From a virus, in the IMG/VR virus record IMGVR_UViG_3300036828_000547, positions 14,661-78,660 of that record: a stretch of DNA of 64,000 nucleotides; one strand, written 5' to 3'. Both the position numbers and the translations under genes were made by a program. Position 1 is the first letter of the stretch. Every line of letters starts with the position of its first letter. Under the pieces are notes generated by a model, which worked only from the letters and a program-made list of their open reading frames with translations, was not told the DNA's origin and ran no database searches. Positions 20,466 to 30,641 of this stretch are shown in pieces.

Positions 20466-21217
20466 CTGAACTTGAACCAACACCACTAGAGAATGTTCTA
20501 GGATCAGGAGCTGGAGGACCGCTTACGGCTCCTACCCCATGGATCCAATACACTGGATATCTTCAATATGCGGGTGGTATTGTCATTGGCAGTCCGACAG
20601 GAGGGAATGAAGGTGCTGGAACAGTAAATGCTTCAGCAGTCTATACCAATGGAACCCAAATCATCCCGGCTAATTATGTCAAGTTAGCCGGAGGAATTAT
20701 GACTGGTATACTGACCTTATCAGCAGACCCGGTTAATCCGCTTGATTCTGTGACCAAACAATATTCAGATACAAAGATTCCTTTTACTGGTGGGACTATG
20801 TCTGGTTTACTGACTCTGTCAGCAGACCCGACAGCAGCTCTTGGTGCTTCGACCAAACAGTATGTTGATACGAAAGCAGGGAACTATCTTCCCTTAACAG
20901 GTGGAACATTGACGGGATTCCTGACTTTGTCAGGAGCTCCTACTGGTAATCTACATGCGGCAACCAAGCTATATGTTGATGGTCAAATCACCACAGTCAA
21001 TGGGACATTTGCAAATTATCTTCCTATTGCCGGAGGTACTCTTACGGGGCCGTTGACGTTAGCCGCAGACCCTACACTAGCTCTTGGTGCAGCCACGAAG
21101 CAATATGTAGATACACGAGCATCAGGGTTTACCATACCTGATGCTCCGAGTGATGGTAATACTTATGGTCGGAAGAACGCCGCATGGTCAAATGTCATTG
21201 ACGCGGGGACTTTTTGA
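20456..21217 (+). CDS. Tail fibre repeat protein
   Basis: Four LxGGTxTGxLTLxxxPT..L.AxTKQYVD repeats and DAPSDG..YGR. Confidence 0.7.
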   Translation: MAMTELEPTPLENVLGSGAGGPLTAPTPWIQYTGYLQYAGGIVIGSPTGGNEGAGTVNASAVYTNGTQIIPANYVKLAGGIMTGILTLSADPVNPLDSVTKQYSDTKIPFTGGTMSGLLTLSADPTAALGASTKQYVDTKAGNYLPLTGGTLTGFLTLSGAPTGNLHAATKLYVDGQITTVNGTFANYLPIAGGTLTGPLTLAADPTLALGAATKQYVDTRASGFTIPDAPSDGNTYGRKNAAWSNVIDAGTF

Positions 21218-22518
21218 TGGCCAATATTATTAAAGTTCTTCGTTCACTAACAGCCGGGATTCGTCCTTCTGGTCATACATATGGTGAGCCATATGTCAAT
21301 TTCTCTGATAATCAATTTGGTATCTTAGATTCTGGCAATACTCCTCGTGATTTGATTGGTGTTCCGTTCTTTTCTCCTAGTACGACCTATAGTTCAGGTC
21401 AGCCGGTTAATTATCAAGGTCAGCTTTTTGTAGCAAATATGAACATTGTGGCAGGGGCATGGAATCCATTACAATGGAATTTGATTACGTCTCGAGTGAA
21501 AAATTACATCATCAACGGCGCGATGATGTTTAGTCAGCAGAATGGGTCGAACGCGGTCACGACGAATAACTCTTATCCGGTTGATATGTTTACCTTTTAC
21601 TTTGGTACTGGCACATTCACCGGACAACAAGTGCAAGTCACGACACCGGGTGGATCGTACTATCGCCTTCGCTGGACGATTAATACCGCAAGCTCACTTG
21701 GTGTCTCCGATTTCTTAATGATTCAGCAGAGCATCGAGGGATATCGAATGTCTGATCTGTTGTTTGGATCGGCAGCAGCCAAGACAATTACGGTCCAATT
21801 CGGCTTCAAGGGTCCGGCTGGAAACTACGCTCTGTCATGTCGTACTGTATCAGGTAATCGTTCCTATATCGTGCCATTTACGATCTCTTCTGGCCAAGCC
21901 AACATTGATCAGCGGATAGCGATCACCATTCCGCCCGACCAAACCGGCTCGTGGCCGATCGGCAATGTGGCCTCGATGACCGTCAGTTGGGTGTGCTTCT
22001 GTGGAGTGAACTATCAGGGCACACCGAATACGTGGCAGAATGGAAACCTTATTTGGCCGACAGGTGTGACTGGAGTCAATGTTCCTGGCAGCGTATTCGA
22101 ATTATTCGACGTCGGACTCTATGTAGGCACCGTCGCGCCCGTGTTTCAGGTACCGGATTCTACAACTGAATGGACTGCTTGTCTACGATATTATTTTAAT
22201 GCATATCTTCAGGGTACCGGTTTTCGACTCAATACTCATCCGGCAGGTACCTTTTCGGTCCCTCTAACTTGGCCTTGTGTGATGCGTGTGGCTCCAACTT
22301 TCACTGCTGCATGGGGTGGTGCAGTACGAAGTTCCGATGGGCAGTATGGCTTTTCAAGTACATCTGGTCCAACATATGCCAACTATTATCCATCAAATAA
22401 TGCTGATATTAGCCAGTTTGGTGGAACGATTGGCTTTGCTATGCCCACCACTATTCCGACTACGTTCGATCGACCTCAAGCAGTATCGGTCCTGCTAGAC
22501 GGTTCGGCGAGGATGTGA
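21214..22518 (+). CDS. Tail fibre / receptor-binding-like protein
   Basis: KNYIINGAMMFSQ...CLRYY domain paralogous to the C-terminus of 2-2638. Confidence 0.6.
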   Translation: MMANIIKVLRSLTAGIRPSGHTYGEPYVNFSDNQFGILDSGNTPRDLIGVPFFSPSTTYSSGQPVNYQGQLFVANMNIVAGAWNPLQWNLITSRVKNYIINGAMMFSQQNGSNAVTTNNSYPVDMFTFYFGTGTFTGQQVQVTTPGGSYYRLRWTINTASSLGVSDFLMIQQSIEGYRMSDLLFGSAAAKTITVQFGFKGPAGNYALSCRTVSGNRSYIVPFTISSGQANIDQRIAITIPPDQTGSWPIGNVASMTVSWVCFCGVNYQGTPNTWQNGNLIWPTGVTGVNVPGSVFELFDVGLYVGTVAPVFQVPDSTTEWTACLRYYFNAYLQGTGFRLNTHPAGTFSVPLTWPCVMRVAPTFTAAWGGAVRSSDGQYGFSSTSGPTYANYYPSNNADISQFGGTIGFAMPTTIPTTFDRPQAVSVLLDGSARM

Positions 22519-23444
22519 AAATGAATATTGTCATATCATCCGGCCATGGTAAGCTCGTTCGCGGTGCGAGCGGCTATATTGATGAGGTTGATGAAGCTCG
22601 CAAGGTTGTAGAAAAACTAGCGGATAACTTATCAGATATTAACATCAATGTTTTAACATTTCATGATGATACATCGACCACACAGGATGAAAATCTGAAA
22701 ACGATTGTAGATTTCCACAATAGCTGTCAGCGTGATTTAGACGTGTCTGTACACTTTAATGCTTACGAAACTACAAGTGAGCCAATGGGAACTGAGGTAT
22801 TATATGTCACACAAGGGGACCTCGCGTCGGAAATCGCGCAGGCGATCTCGAAAGCCGGGAGGTTGCTTAACAGGGGTCCTAAGAAACGCTCTGACCTTTA
22901 TTTTCTTAATAACACCAATGAACCAGCCATTCTGATAGAGGTTTGCTTTGTCGATAGTTCTGCTGATACAAATACATATCGAACTCATTTCAAAGCAATT
23001 TGCAGAGCTATCGCAGATGTTGCGAGACCAACTGATCCAAACATACAGATCAATAACCCGGCTCCTGTACCGGAAAACCAGAAAGATATCATTGCTTCTG
23101 TGTTTGGCGGTGAAGATGACTATAATACTTCTGCTTATGATCCTGACAAAGTTCTTAATGATACAGATCTATATGTTGCGTTGCCAGATAAATTTATTGA
23201 AGAAAGGCCTCTTGTCAGGGTGTATAACCCGCAGATAAACGAATTCGCAACAGCAGAAATCTTGGACGTAGGGCCGTGGAATACGGACGATCCATATTGG
23301 GATAAGGGAACACGTCCACAAGCAGAATCTGGTACTGATATGACGGGTCGCACAACGAACGGTGCCGGGATAGACCTATCCCCGGCCTTAGCCAAGCTTT
23401 TGAAGATAGATGGGATGGGTATGGTCGACTGGGAATTTATCTAA
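22515..23444 (+). CDS. Endolysin: N-acetylmuramoyl-L-alanine amidase (Amidase_3) plus a C-terminal DPBB/RlpA-like domain
   Basis: ISSGHG, E, SVHFNA and ILIEVCFVD zinc-amidase motifs; C-terminal I.DVGPW...IDLSPA.A..L motif. Confidence 0.85.
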   Translation: MKMNIVISSGHGKLVRGASGYIDEVDEARKVVEKLADNLSDININVLTFHDDTSTTQDENLKTIVDFHNSCQRDLDVSVHFNAYETTSEPMGTEVLYVTQGDLASEIAQAISKAGRLLNRGPKKRSDLYFLNNTNEPAILIEVCFVDSSADTNTYRTHFKAICRAIADVARPTDPNIQINNPAPVPENQKDIIASVFGGEDDYNTSAYDPDKVLNDTDLYVALPDKFIEERPLVRVYNPQINEFATAEILDVGPWNTDDPYWDKGTRPQAESGTDMTGRTTNGAGIDLSPALAKLLKIDGMGMVDWEFI

Positions 23445-23463
23445 TTGGGGGAGGAATTAATGA

Positions 23464-23718
23464 ATGATAAACGCGGGAATAACCTCTTTGGTCGTTTATC
23501 ATTTACTCATGATGCATTTGCCGGGAGGGCGACCGATTTATATCAATCCAGGTGAAGTAGTGATACTACGTGAACCTCCGCATCCGAAGCAGGGTTATGT
23601 GCATGAGGATACGATGTGCGTTGTGCAGACTACAGATGGTAAAAACACCAATGTGATCGAGACCTGTGAGCAAATTAGGAAACAGATTGAGGAAATCAAA
23701 CAGAATGGGAACAAATAA
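23464..23718 (+). CDS. Hypothetical protein
   Basis: 84 aa, GGAGGA RBS. Confidence 0.55.
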   Translation: MINAGITSLVVYHLLMMHLPGGRPIYINPGEVVILREPPHPKQGYVHEDTMCVVQTTDGKNTNVIETCEQIRKQIEEIKQNGNK

Positions 23719-23721
23719 CCT

Positions 23722-23805
23722 ATGCTGGCGCCGAAGGACGCCATACTCGTTAACTTCGGGCTGTGGGTTATAGTAATTGTGATTGTCTGGTATATGGTGT
23801 CATGA
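23722..23805 (+). CDS. 27-aa single-TM microprotein
   Basis: Translated by hand: MLAPKDAILVNFGLWVIVIVIVWYMVS. Its stop overlaps the next start (ATGA). Confidence 0.45.
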   Translation: MLAPKDAILVNFGLWVIVIVIVWYMVS

Positions 23806-23891
23806 ATAATAATGGTGTGATTTGGTCGTTAATCGGTGCAGCTCTGGTTTTAATCGTGTTTCTTTGGTTATGGGCGGCTTTTGTACATTAG
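23802..23891 (+). CDS. 29-aa single-TM microprotein
   Basis: Translated by hand: MNNNGVIWSLIGAALVLIVFLWLWAAFVH. Confidence 0.45.
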   Translation: MNNNGVIWSLIGAALVLIVFLWLWAAFVH

Positions 23892-24048
23892 AAAGCTATT
23901 TTCAGCCCCTACGGTGCCCCGTGGTGCGTTATTTCTGGGTGCCCGCTAGGGTAGTAACCCCCCTTGGTTCCGCCTACCAGTGGCCTTTAAAACGCGTGAA
24001 CTTATTGTCCAGCAAAAACAAGGGGTTAGCCCCTCTTTAATCTTCCCA

Positions 24049-24267
24049 TTACTTCAACCACCCTTCCTTCCTCCAGTGATTATATAATAGACATGCTCCC
24101 TGGGCAGACATCCCAATAATAGGCCCTATCGTTCGCCATTGCAGCCTTTCTTCATCTCTTAGGCGGGCGATCTCTAGTAGCCTTTCAGGATTTCTCGGTG
24201 CGCCGTGTGGGTATCTACTCACACGGCTTTTCTTTTTTGGTGGTGATAGTTCAGTTATATCAGCCAT
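24049..24267 (-). CDS. Small HTH-like protein
   Basis: LQWRTIGPIIGMSAQGACLLY helix-turn-helix-like pattern. Confidence 0.5.
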   Translation of the reverse strand: MADITELSPPKKKSRVSRYPHGAPRNPERLLEIARLRDEERLQWRTIGPIIGMSAQGACLLYNHWRKEGWLK

Positions 24268-25730
24268 TGCTTGAATGCATCTCCTTGTAGGGTTGATGCC
24301 ATATTAATCTTTTTTCTAAGCACTTGAATTAATCGTTCGTCGATAGTACCTTTGGTACGTAGATCAATATAAGTCACATATTTAGTTTGGCCAATGCGAT
24401 GAGCTCTGTCTTCGCTTTGCTGGCGGTCTTCGTTATCAAATGAATTTGCATAATAAATCACTAAATTACAACTCGTCCACGTATTTCCAAACTTGCCGAC
24501 ACTTTGATTACTCACAATAAACCTGCACTTGTCATCATTCTGTATTCGATTCCGAGCTACTAGTCTTTCCTCTAGCTTTGTTTCCCCCCAATAGCAAACG
24601 GTACTGTCTTCACCAAACTCTTCACATAACCTATTCGCAATCTTACGTAAGGCTTGTGGATATGGTGCCCATATTATAGCTTTACCAGCGTATTCATGCA
24701 ATATTTCAACAACGGCCTCAGTACGATTTTCTGGAATATCGTGTAATGTCCCATCTTCCTGACGAATATGCCCACACAGAATATGCTGCATTTTTCCTAA
24801 TTGGTCAAGCTTCATAGTGGCTGTCGCATAGCTATTTTCCGAGAGTTTTGTCATGGCGATGTCACGCATCTCCCGGTAATTACGCTCCTGCTCCGCAGTA
24901 AGCTCGACATCCCAAAACTTATAGATCTTTGGTAATAGATCTAAGACTTCATCCTTGGTAACACGGTAACTCTTTGTCATAATTTTTTGATTAAGTTCAT
25001 TTAAATTACGGAACTCAACGATAACCGGTGCCTTACGAAATGGTCTGTCATTGTTGCGAAGGTGTGCAGGTCTGAAATCTATTTCTTCAACTATAGCATA
25101 ACGATTTCTAAAACCGTAGAAGCTACGTTGACCAATAATTTTCCAGTCTAAAAAGTGATATTGAGAGTATAGGTCCATAGGAGATTCTGGAGCAACTAGG
25201 CCAGATAATATGCGCCTAGTAACGAATCGATGTGCCACATCACGAAGTAGAAATTCAGTCCTCTTTGCAGATTCATGAGCTATGGTTGTGGACTCATCAA
25301 TAACTCCTATGACTTTGCGACCTTCAACAAATTTAAGGAGATATAGTCGCGCAGCACCTGGACGATTCAGTGCTTCTATATTCATAGCAAGGAATCGTGG
25401 TACTGTGGCATGAAGCAACTGCTTCGTAGCTGACTGCTGCGCGGCGGTACCACCGCTCACCCATGGTGCAACAAGAATCTTATCTTTCCATTCATCAGAA
25501 ACCCACTTATCTAATTCACCCGGCTCCTCGTCAGTACCGATCCAATTCATATAACAGCCTTTAGGAGCCAGTACCACAAGGTCATCAGCCAGTCCCGCCG
25601 CAATTCGGTTCAACCAGTCATCAATAACAGGTCGTGACTTACCGGTGCCCTGCTCCATGATCAAGGCATAGTTTTCATGACTTAATAATAGATCTTTGGC
25701 TGTTAGTTGGTGCTTGAAATGTGGGTCCAT
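24255..25730 (-). CDS. SNF2-like superfamily 2 helicase
   Basis: MEQGTGKS Walker A, IDEST, LSG, QSEDRAHRIGQ motif VI. Confidence 0.85.
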   Translation of the reverse strand: MDPHFKHQLTAKDLLLSHENYALIMEQGTGKSRPVIDDWLNRIAAGLADDLVVLAPKGCYMNWIGTDEEPGELDKWVSDEWKDKILVAPWVSGGTAAQQSATKQLLHATVPRFLAMNIEALNRPGAARLYLLKFVEGRKVIGVIDESTTIAHESAKRTEFLLRDVAHRFVTRRILSGLVAPESPMDLYSQYHFLDWKIIGQRSFYGFRNRYAIVEEIDFRPAHLRNNDRPFRKAPVIVEFRNLNELNQKIMTKSYRVTKDEVLDLLPKIYKFWDVELTAEQERNYREMRDIAMTKLSENSYATATMKLDQLGKMQHILCGHIRQEDGTLHDIPENRTEAVVEILHEYAGKAIIWAPYPQALRKIANRLCEEFGEDSTVCYWGETKLEERLVARNRIQNDDKCRFIVSNQSVGKFGNTWTSCNLVIYYANSFDNEDRQQSEDRAHRIGQTKYVTYIDLRTKGTIDERLIQVLRKKINMASTLQGDAFKQWLI

Positions 25731-25750
25731 ATTCCTGCCCGTGTAGGTCG

Positions 25751-26137
25751 CTATTTTCCGTTTGGCTTCTTTTTAGGTCTGCGCTTTTTCTTCAGCCCCT
25801 GCTTCAATAACCAATTGGCTTGCTTCTCAATTTCCTTTTCGTAATCCAGTTTGGTGCCAGAAGCTTTGACGAACCCAACGACCACTTGGCCGTCAGGCTT
25901 TAATTCATCCCGGCGCACGTAGCCAAGAGCCGCAGCGACTTGCGTAATAGTGGCATTTTGCGGACGACGAACCCCACCATCAAACCATCCATCGAATGTG
26001 CTGGCAGTGACTCCTGTTATTCTTTCTGCTCGTCCATTGGTTAGTTTTTCATCGCTCCTAACCATAGTCTTTGCAGCATATAGAATAGGGTCCTTATCCA
26101 GGAACCGGTAATTGCGGTAGATGCGGACTTTAGCCAT
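25751..26137 (-). CDS. XRE-like HTH regulator
   Basis: ERITGVTASTFDGWFDG..RRPQ..TI..VAAALG. Confidence 0.6.
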   Translation of the reverse strand: MAKVRIYRNYRFLDKDPILYAAKTMVRSDEKLTNGRAERITGVTASTFDGWFDGGVRRPQNATITQVAAALGYVRRDELKPDGQVVVGFVKASGTKLDYEKEIEKQANWLLKQGLKKKRRPKKKPNGK

Positions 26138-26549
26138 GCTTCGCCGCCTTTCTAGCTGCCTGATGGCGTAACCTATCCTTCATCTTTTTGGTGAGGACGT
26201 AGCCATCTCCTGTGTTTTCGACTAGGCCCTCTCCTTTATAAGTAAAGATAATAGAATGCACTGAATTTGGTGACCTACCATCGTCTTCGAAAGCTTGACG
26301 AAGGGCTGATGCCTGTTGTGGTTTTCCTTTTGCTAAAAGCTTGATAAGGAAATCCCTGCCAGTTATCCCGAATACCTTCTTTGGTACTCCAACACCAGCA
26401 TGAGGTTTACCGGAACCATTTGGCTTTGGTTTGGTATCTCCCATGTCAAGATCTAGTTTGGCTACTCCTTCTAAATTATGCAGTAGGCGCATCACGCGTC
26501 CTACAGCTACTTCCTCCACCTCGATGGATATAGAGAATAGTTTAGGCAT
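26130..26549 (-). CDS. Hypothetical, possible winged-helix DNA-binding protein
   Basis: 139 aa, basic; AGGAG RBS; promoter upstream. Confidence 0.5.
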   Translation of the reverse strand: MPKLFSISIEVEEVAVGRVMRLLHNLEGVAKLDLDMGDTKPKPNGSGKPHAGVGVPKKVFGITGRDFLIKLLAKGKPQQASALRQAFEDDGRSPNSVHSIIFTYKGEGLVENTGDGYVLTKKMKDRLRHQAARKAAKHG

Positions 26550-26623
26550 TCGGTTTTTATCTCCTTTACTCTAGTATGTTAGTAAAGTATTTTAGCACGC
26601 CGGTATAATGAATGCAACTTGCT

Positions 26624-27049
26624 TTAAAACCTGACTTCTAAAGTTAAGATCTTTGAAATTTCATCCCAATTCCAGTTGCTCGGTCCTCCTCCCCAACACA
26701 TTGCAGTTGTTCCATTCAACCCATCATAATAAAGAGCTTCAGCTTGGTCGCCAGACATGAGCCACAACTCATCCAGATGATTATACTTTACGGCTGAAGG
26801 AGTACGACGCACAGCGATCCACGCGTTGCCTCCATACCGGCAACGACGCATGAGCCATGCAACTTGTAGTGGTTTGATTACAACAAAGAAGATTGTGGTT
26901 TGTTTGAATTCTATCCAACCTTGAATACCGGTTGGTGTACAGAATTCAGAATCAGGGACGCCACTGGCAGTCCCGGCAGTCTCGATACTGGACCATTGCC
27001 ATGCCTTAAATTTTTGACGAAATAGTGGTCTTAAGCCACCATCCTTCAT
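26624..27049 (-). CDS. PD-(D/E)XK nuclease (VRR-NUC / resolvase-like)
   Basis: GVPD...WIEFK...Q..W motif. Confidence 0.7.
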   Translation of the reverse strand: MKDGGLRPLFRQKFKAWQWSSIETAGTASGVPDSEFCTPTGIQGWIEFKQTTIFFVVIKPLQVAWLMRRCRYGGNAWIAVRRTPSAVKYNHLDELWLMSGDQAEALYYDGLNGTTAMCWGGGPSNWNWDEISKILTLEVRF

Positions 27050-27831
27050 GACTGTAAGATAGAATCCAATGTAAATTTTAGGTCTTCGTCAAGATTAGAT
27101 TGTCCCCTTAGCCATTGAAGATAGTCTCTAGGGATCTGACTAAAGTCAGTCCCTTTATGCTTACCGAATCCAATGTTTTGTAATCGTTGTGGAGTATTTG
27201 CAATCCGATACAATTCTTCTGGAGAATGTTTCTCTAGCATTTTTTGTAAGATACCGACAGTTGTTGCAACATCATAAAGAGCTTGATGCGGAGCTCTTTG
27301 TTTGATAGTTGGTGCCATTCCCAAATTTGGTTTTATCCCAAGCCAATAGCGAAGAACTTGATTAGCATGACCGGGAGCTTCTGGCCAGATTCGTTTAGCT
27401 ATGCGAAGAGTACAGATCCATGGGTTTGTAAGTTCTGGCAAGAATTTACGATCAAAATCTACGTTATGGGCAACTAAGAAAGAATCTGGTTGGATCTCAT
27501 TTAAAAGATCGGCCACAGCTTGTTCTCTTAGTATAGCTCCACGTTCTGCGGTTAAACAGTCGGCTCTAATGTGATGAGAAGCTTGTGCGCGTGGATCCAT
27601 TGGGCCAGAATATTGAATATAGTTTTCGTATGCAGAAGATGTCACCCAATTGGCTCCATCTAGTGATACTACCATCCACGCTAATTCAATCATTTGACCT
27701 CCTGATTCAGGAAGGCCAGACGTTTCTGTGTCTAGAACAATTAGTTTCATGTCCGGTGCCTTCGCCCATTCGCGCCATGAATTTATGTCGCTTTCTACAT
27801 GAGGCCAATCAATAAATTGGTTCATGCTCAT
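27046..27831 (-). CDS. DEDDh 3'-5' exonuclease (ExoX-like)
   Basis: LDTETSG, VAHNVDFD, PHQALYD; C-terminal FGKHKG...IPRDYLQWL. Confidence 0.85.
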   Translation of the reverse strand: MSMNQFIDWPHVESDINSWREWAKAPDMKLIVLDTETSGLPESGGQMIELAWMVVSLDGANWVTSSAYENYIQYSGPMDPRAQASHHIRADCLTAERGAILREQAVADLLNEIQPDSFLVAHNVDFDRKFLPELTNPWICTLRIAKRIWPEAPGHANQVLRYWLGIKPNLGMAPTIKQRAPHQALYDVATTVGILQKMLEKHSPEELYRIANTPQRLQNIGFGKHKGTDFSQIPRDYLQWLRGQSNLDEDLKFTLDSILQS

Positions 27832-27837
27832 AAACCA

Positions 27838-27867
27838 AAAAGAACCCCGCTAGAAATCTAGCGGGGT
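27838..27867 (-). terminator. Intrinsic terminator
   Basis: ACCCCGCTAGA/TCTAGCGGGGT stem with a U-tract on the minus strand. Confidence 0.7.
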
Positions 27868-27875
27868 CCAATTGA

Positions 27876-28364
27876 TTACTCAGCAGCGGCTTGCTTCGGT
27901 TCAGACTTCGCAGCCTTTTCTGGCTTGGCTGGCGGCTCAGGAATCGGAACAACCGTTGGGCCGATGTTGATGAGTTTGCGATTTGGATCTGTATCCCACC
28001 GCAAGTCAGCATATACCTGACCAACTGTACGGTTCCAAGGTTCAGCAGTCATTTTGTCAATGTATGTTTTCACCGTCATCCCGTTCACATATTCATCATA
28101 GCGTTTGCCAGATTCACGAATCTTGGCTTTGGGTCTGAGAACCGTGATAACATGGGTCTCATCAAACTTGGGCAGACGAGGACGTGAAACACCGGTCTTC
28201 GGCTTTGCCACCTTTTTCTCTTTCTTCGGCTTCTCACCCTCTGTCGCTGGAGCAGATGCCGCAGCCGGTGCTGATGCACCCGGCGCTGATGCTGATACTG
28301 GTTTTGATGCTGGATGGACTACTCCAGGTGCAGGAGCAGAACTAGGAATACTAGGATTTGCCAT
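27876..28364 (-). CDS. Ala/Pro/Lys-rich protein of the DLRWD paralogue family
   Basis: Low-complexity ends; core RYDEY..GMTV..Y...ADLRWD; AGGAGG RBS. Confidence 0.65.
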   Translation of the reverse strand: MANPSIPSSAPAPGVVHPASKPVSASAPGASAPAAASAPATEGEKPKKEKKVAKPKTGVSRPRLPKFDETHVITVLRPKAKIRESGKRYDEYVNGMTVKTYIDKMTAEPWNRTVGQVYADLRWDTDPNRKLINIGPTVVPIPEPPAKPEKAAKSEPKQAAAE

Positions 28365-28473
28365 ATAAAACCTCCTTTACATATACGACAACAATATGCT
28401 TAACATACTTTTTGACAGAATACAACCCATGATTGATATAATAATTTTTCTTTTATTGTCCAAAATAAAAATA

Positions 28474-30474
28474 TTATTTCTTTAAGTCACCCCATGATTT
28501 ACCGATCTTAATGTCTGTTAACATTGGGATAGTAATAGATGGCACTGCTTTCTCCATTATCTCTGCACAGAGCTTGGCATGAGCTTGGTTACTGAAACTA
28601 AAGCATAATTCATCATGAACTTGCAACAGTGGTGTGAATCCTGCGTTATGAACATTAACCATCGCTTTCTTAATTTGTCGTGCAGCATCCCCTTGTATTT
28701 TTCGATTGAATGATTTGTGTGTGAATGAGCGTCTAAGCGCACTGTTATGCCACGGATGTTCTGGATCATTAACTCGTTGTAGAGCTTCTTCATGTGAGCA
28801 TGAAAATGTATCAATCTGCTTATTTGGGTATCTCTCTTGATACCAACTGATATCAAAATTACGATATTCTGCTGGTTCCCACAAATTAAAATGACTTCGT
28901 GCTCCATCTATTAATTCAATATACCCTTGTCGTTTTGCCATCCATGTATACTCATTATAGGCTTGACGAACAAATGGTAGTCTTTCATCATACTGTTTTA
29001 ATGTAGATTCAGCCTCAGTTTCATCCATACCAGTCATCAAGGCAAACTTTCCAACACCGGCTCCATAACTGACTGCGAAGTTAACATCCTTGGCTCGTCT
29101 GCGCTCTAGACGAGTTATGGATGCTACATAATCATGAAAATCAGTATTAGGATCATTGCGATACATATCCGCAGCTTGTTTCGCACCCCTCGCCCGTAAC
29201 TTTTCAGCGACATAAACGATAAGCCGATATTCCTGTTGCCGGTAGTCAATGCTGCACCATTCCTCACCATCCTCAGGTTCAAAGCAAGATCGTATGAGCG
29301 GAGCCCACTCTTCATCCCGGCTAGGCATTTGTTGAAGTGGTGGATCAGAATAACTAAAGCGATGACTTCTTGCGCCACCACTTTCACTTCTAAATTGATT
29401 AACTGTTGGATAAACACGACCTTTATGGGCATATTCACAAATATAGCCTAACAGAAACTTTTCTGCCAGTTCTGTATCATGTTTAATCTTGTGTATAAGC
29501 CGAGGAAATTCTTCCTTATAGCTTTCCATCACTTCCTTACTGAAACTCGGATTGCCGCGTGCAGTTCGGAAGATTAAAATACCTCTTTTTTGAAACTGTT
29601 CAGAGAGCCATTGACTCTTACGTATTTCTTTGATTGTAACTTTATTACCTGTTTCCCTACTGAGCTCATTTAGTTTAACTTCACAATTTGCCGATATACT
29701 CTTAGCTAATTTCCTAGCTCTATCTGTATTGACTTTCACCCCACGTTGTTTCATCTTCAGCGTGATAGGAAGTAAATCACGTTCGATTTGATATGCCTCG
29801 TCTAAGTATTCTGCTGATAACTGTGGCCGCAGCTTTTGAGCCAGACCCAATGTGCTCATTGCATCTTGTTCGGAATACGGTCCTACATATCTACCCGGTA
29901 AACGCCACAGACCCGCTTTTCCGGTGGCTGAATAAGCCAATCCGGCTAAGTTTAATAATGATTCATCTTTACCGGGTAGTCCTTGCCATTGACATAGATT
30001 CTCTAGGCTAAATGAAAATTGGTTTTCATCTAGCATGGCGGCCATTGCTCCCGTGTCATCTAATAATTTGGGTGGCTCCAAACCAAAGGTGGCTTGAATC
30101 CATCCCCAATCGTATTGAAAATGATGGAATATAAATCGTGTTTGATTTTGTGCTCTAAGACACTTGAGCCAATCATAAACCTTATTATGATCAAAGCATT
30201 TTGTTTCTGGATGGCGTAAAGGGATATAGATTGATTGATCTCGCCATGCAGCAGATATTCCACAAATGTAACCAGTTCTTAAATTAGTTCGTTCATATTG
30301 GTGAAATCCAGGACCTAGGTCTTTGGCTAAAAGATCGTCACGAGTCTCTGTATCAATGGCTACCTCAGTTTCCCGGCTAAGGTCAGGAAGCTGTTCTGGA
30401 GATTGCCAGTCACTATCAGGTGTAAATAAGGGAAGTTGATCTGGTGAGGGTTTTCCCTTGCTTATTTTTGCCAT
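28474..30474 (-). CDS. polA: DNA polymerase, family A (with 3'-5' exonuclease)
   Basis: DTET exonuclease motif; motif A DYRQQEYR; motif B RRRAKDVNFAVSYG; motif C VHDEL. Confidence 0.92.
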   Translation of the reverse strand: MAKISKGKPSPDQLPLFTPDSDWQSPEQLPDLSRETEVAIDTETRDDLLAKDLGPGFHQYERTNLRTGYICGISAAWRDQSIYIPLRHPETKCFDHNKVYDWLKCLRAQNQTRFIFHHFQYDWGWIQATFGLEPPKLLDDTGAMAAMLDENQFSFSLENLCQWQGLPGKDESLLNLAGLAYSATGKAGLWRLPGRYVGPYSEQDAMSTLGLAQKLRPQLSAEYLDEAYQIERDLLPITLKMKQRGVKVNTDRARKLAKSISANCEVKLNELSRETGNKVTIKEIRKSQWLSEQFQKRGILIFRTARGNPSFSKEVMESYKEEFPRLIHKIKHDTELAEKFLLGYICEYAHKGRVYPTVNQFRSESGGARSHRFSYSDPPLQQMPSRDEEWAPLIRSCFEPEDGEEWCSIDYRQQEYRLIVYVAEKLRARGAKQAADMYRNDPNTDFHDYVASITRLERRRAKDVNFAVSYGAGVGKFALMTGMDETEAESTLKQYDERLPFVRQAYNEYTWMAKRQGYIELIDGARSHFNLWEPAEYRNFDISWYQERYPNKQIDTFSCSHEEALQRVNDPEHPWHNSALRRSFTHKSFNRKIQGDAARQIKKAMVNVHNAGFTPLLQVHDELCFSFSNQAHAKLCAEIMEKAVPSITIPMLTDIKIGKSWGDLKK

Positions 30475-30641
30475 GTACCACCCCTATTAAGATGCCTCTA
30501 GGAAGGCTAGCGTGGCCCGTGGGTGCGTTTTGAACCGGGGTGCGCTACCATGCCCTAGCTAGGTGCGACAGGCCATCCAGCGGCCTTTATTTGGCTATCG
30601 TAAAGCATTTTTCCATGAATTGCAAGCATCAGCATATGCGA

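Noticed and set aside
2-22518. Diversity-generating retroelement acting on the fibre genes
   Set aside because: No reverse transcriptase was found, and no adenine-specific TR/VR repeat pair was seen.
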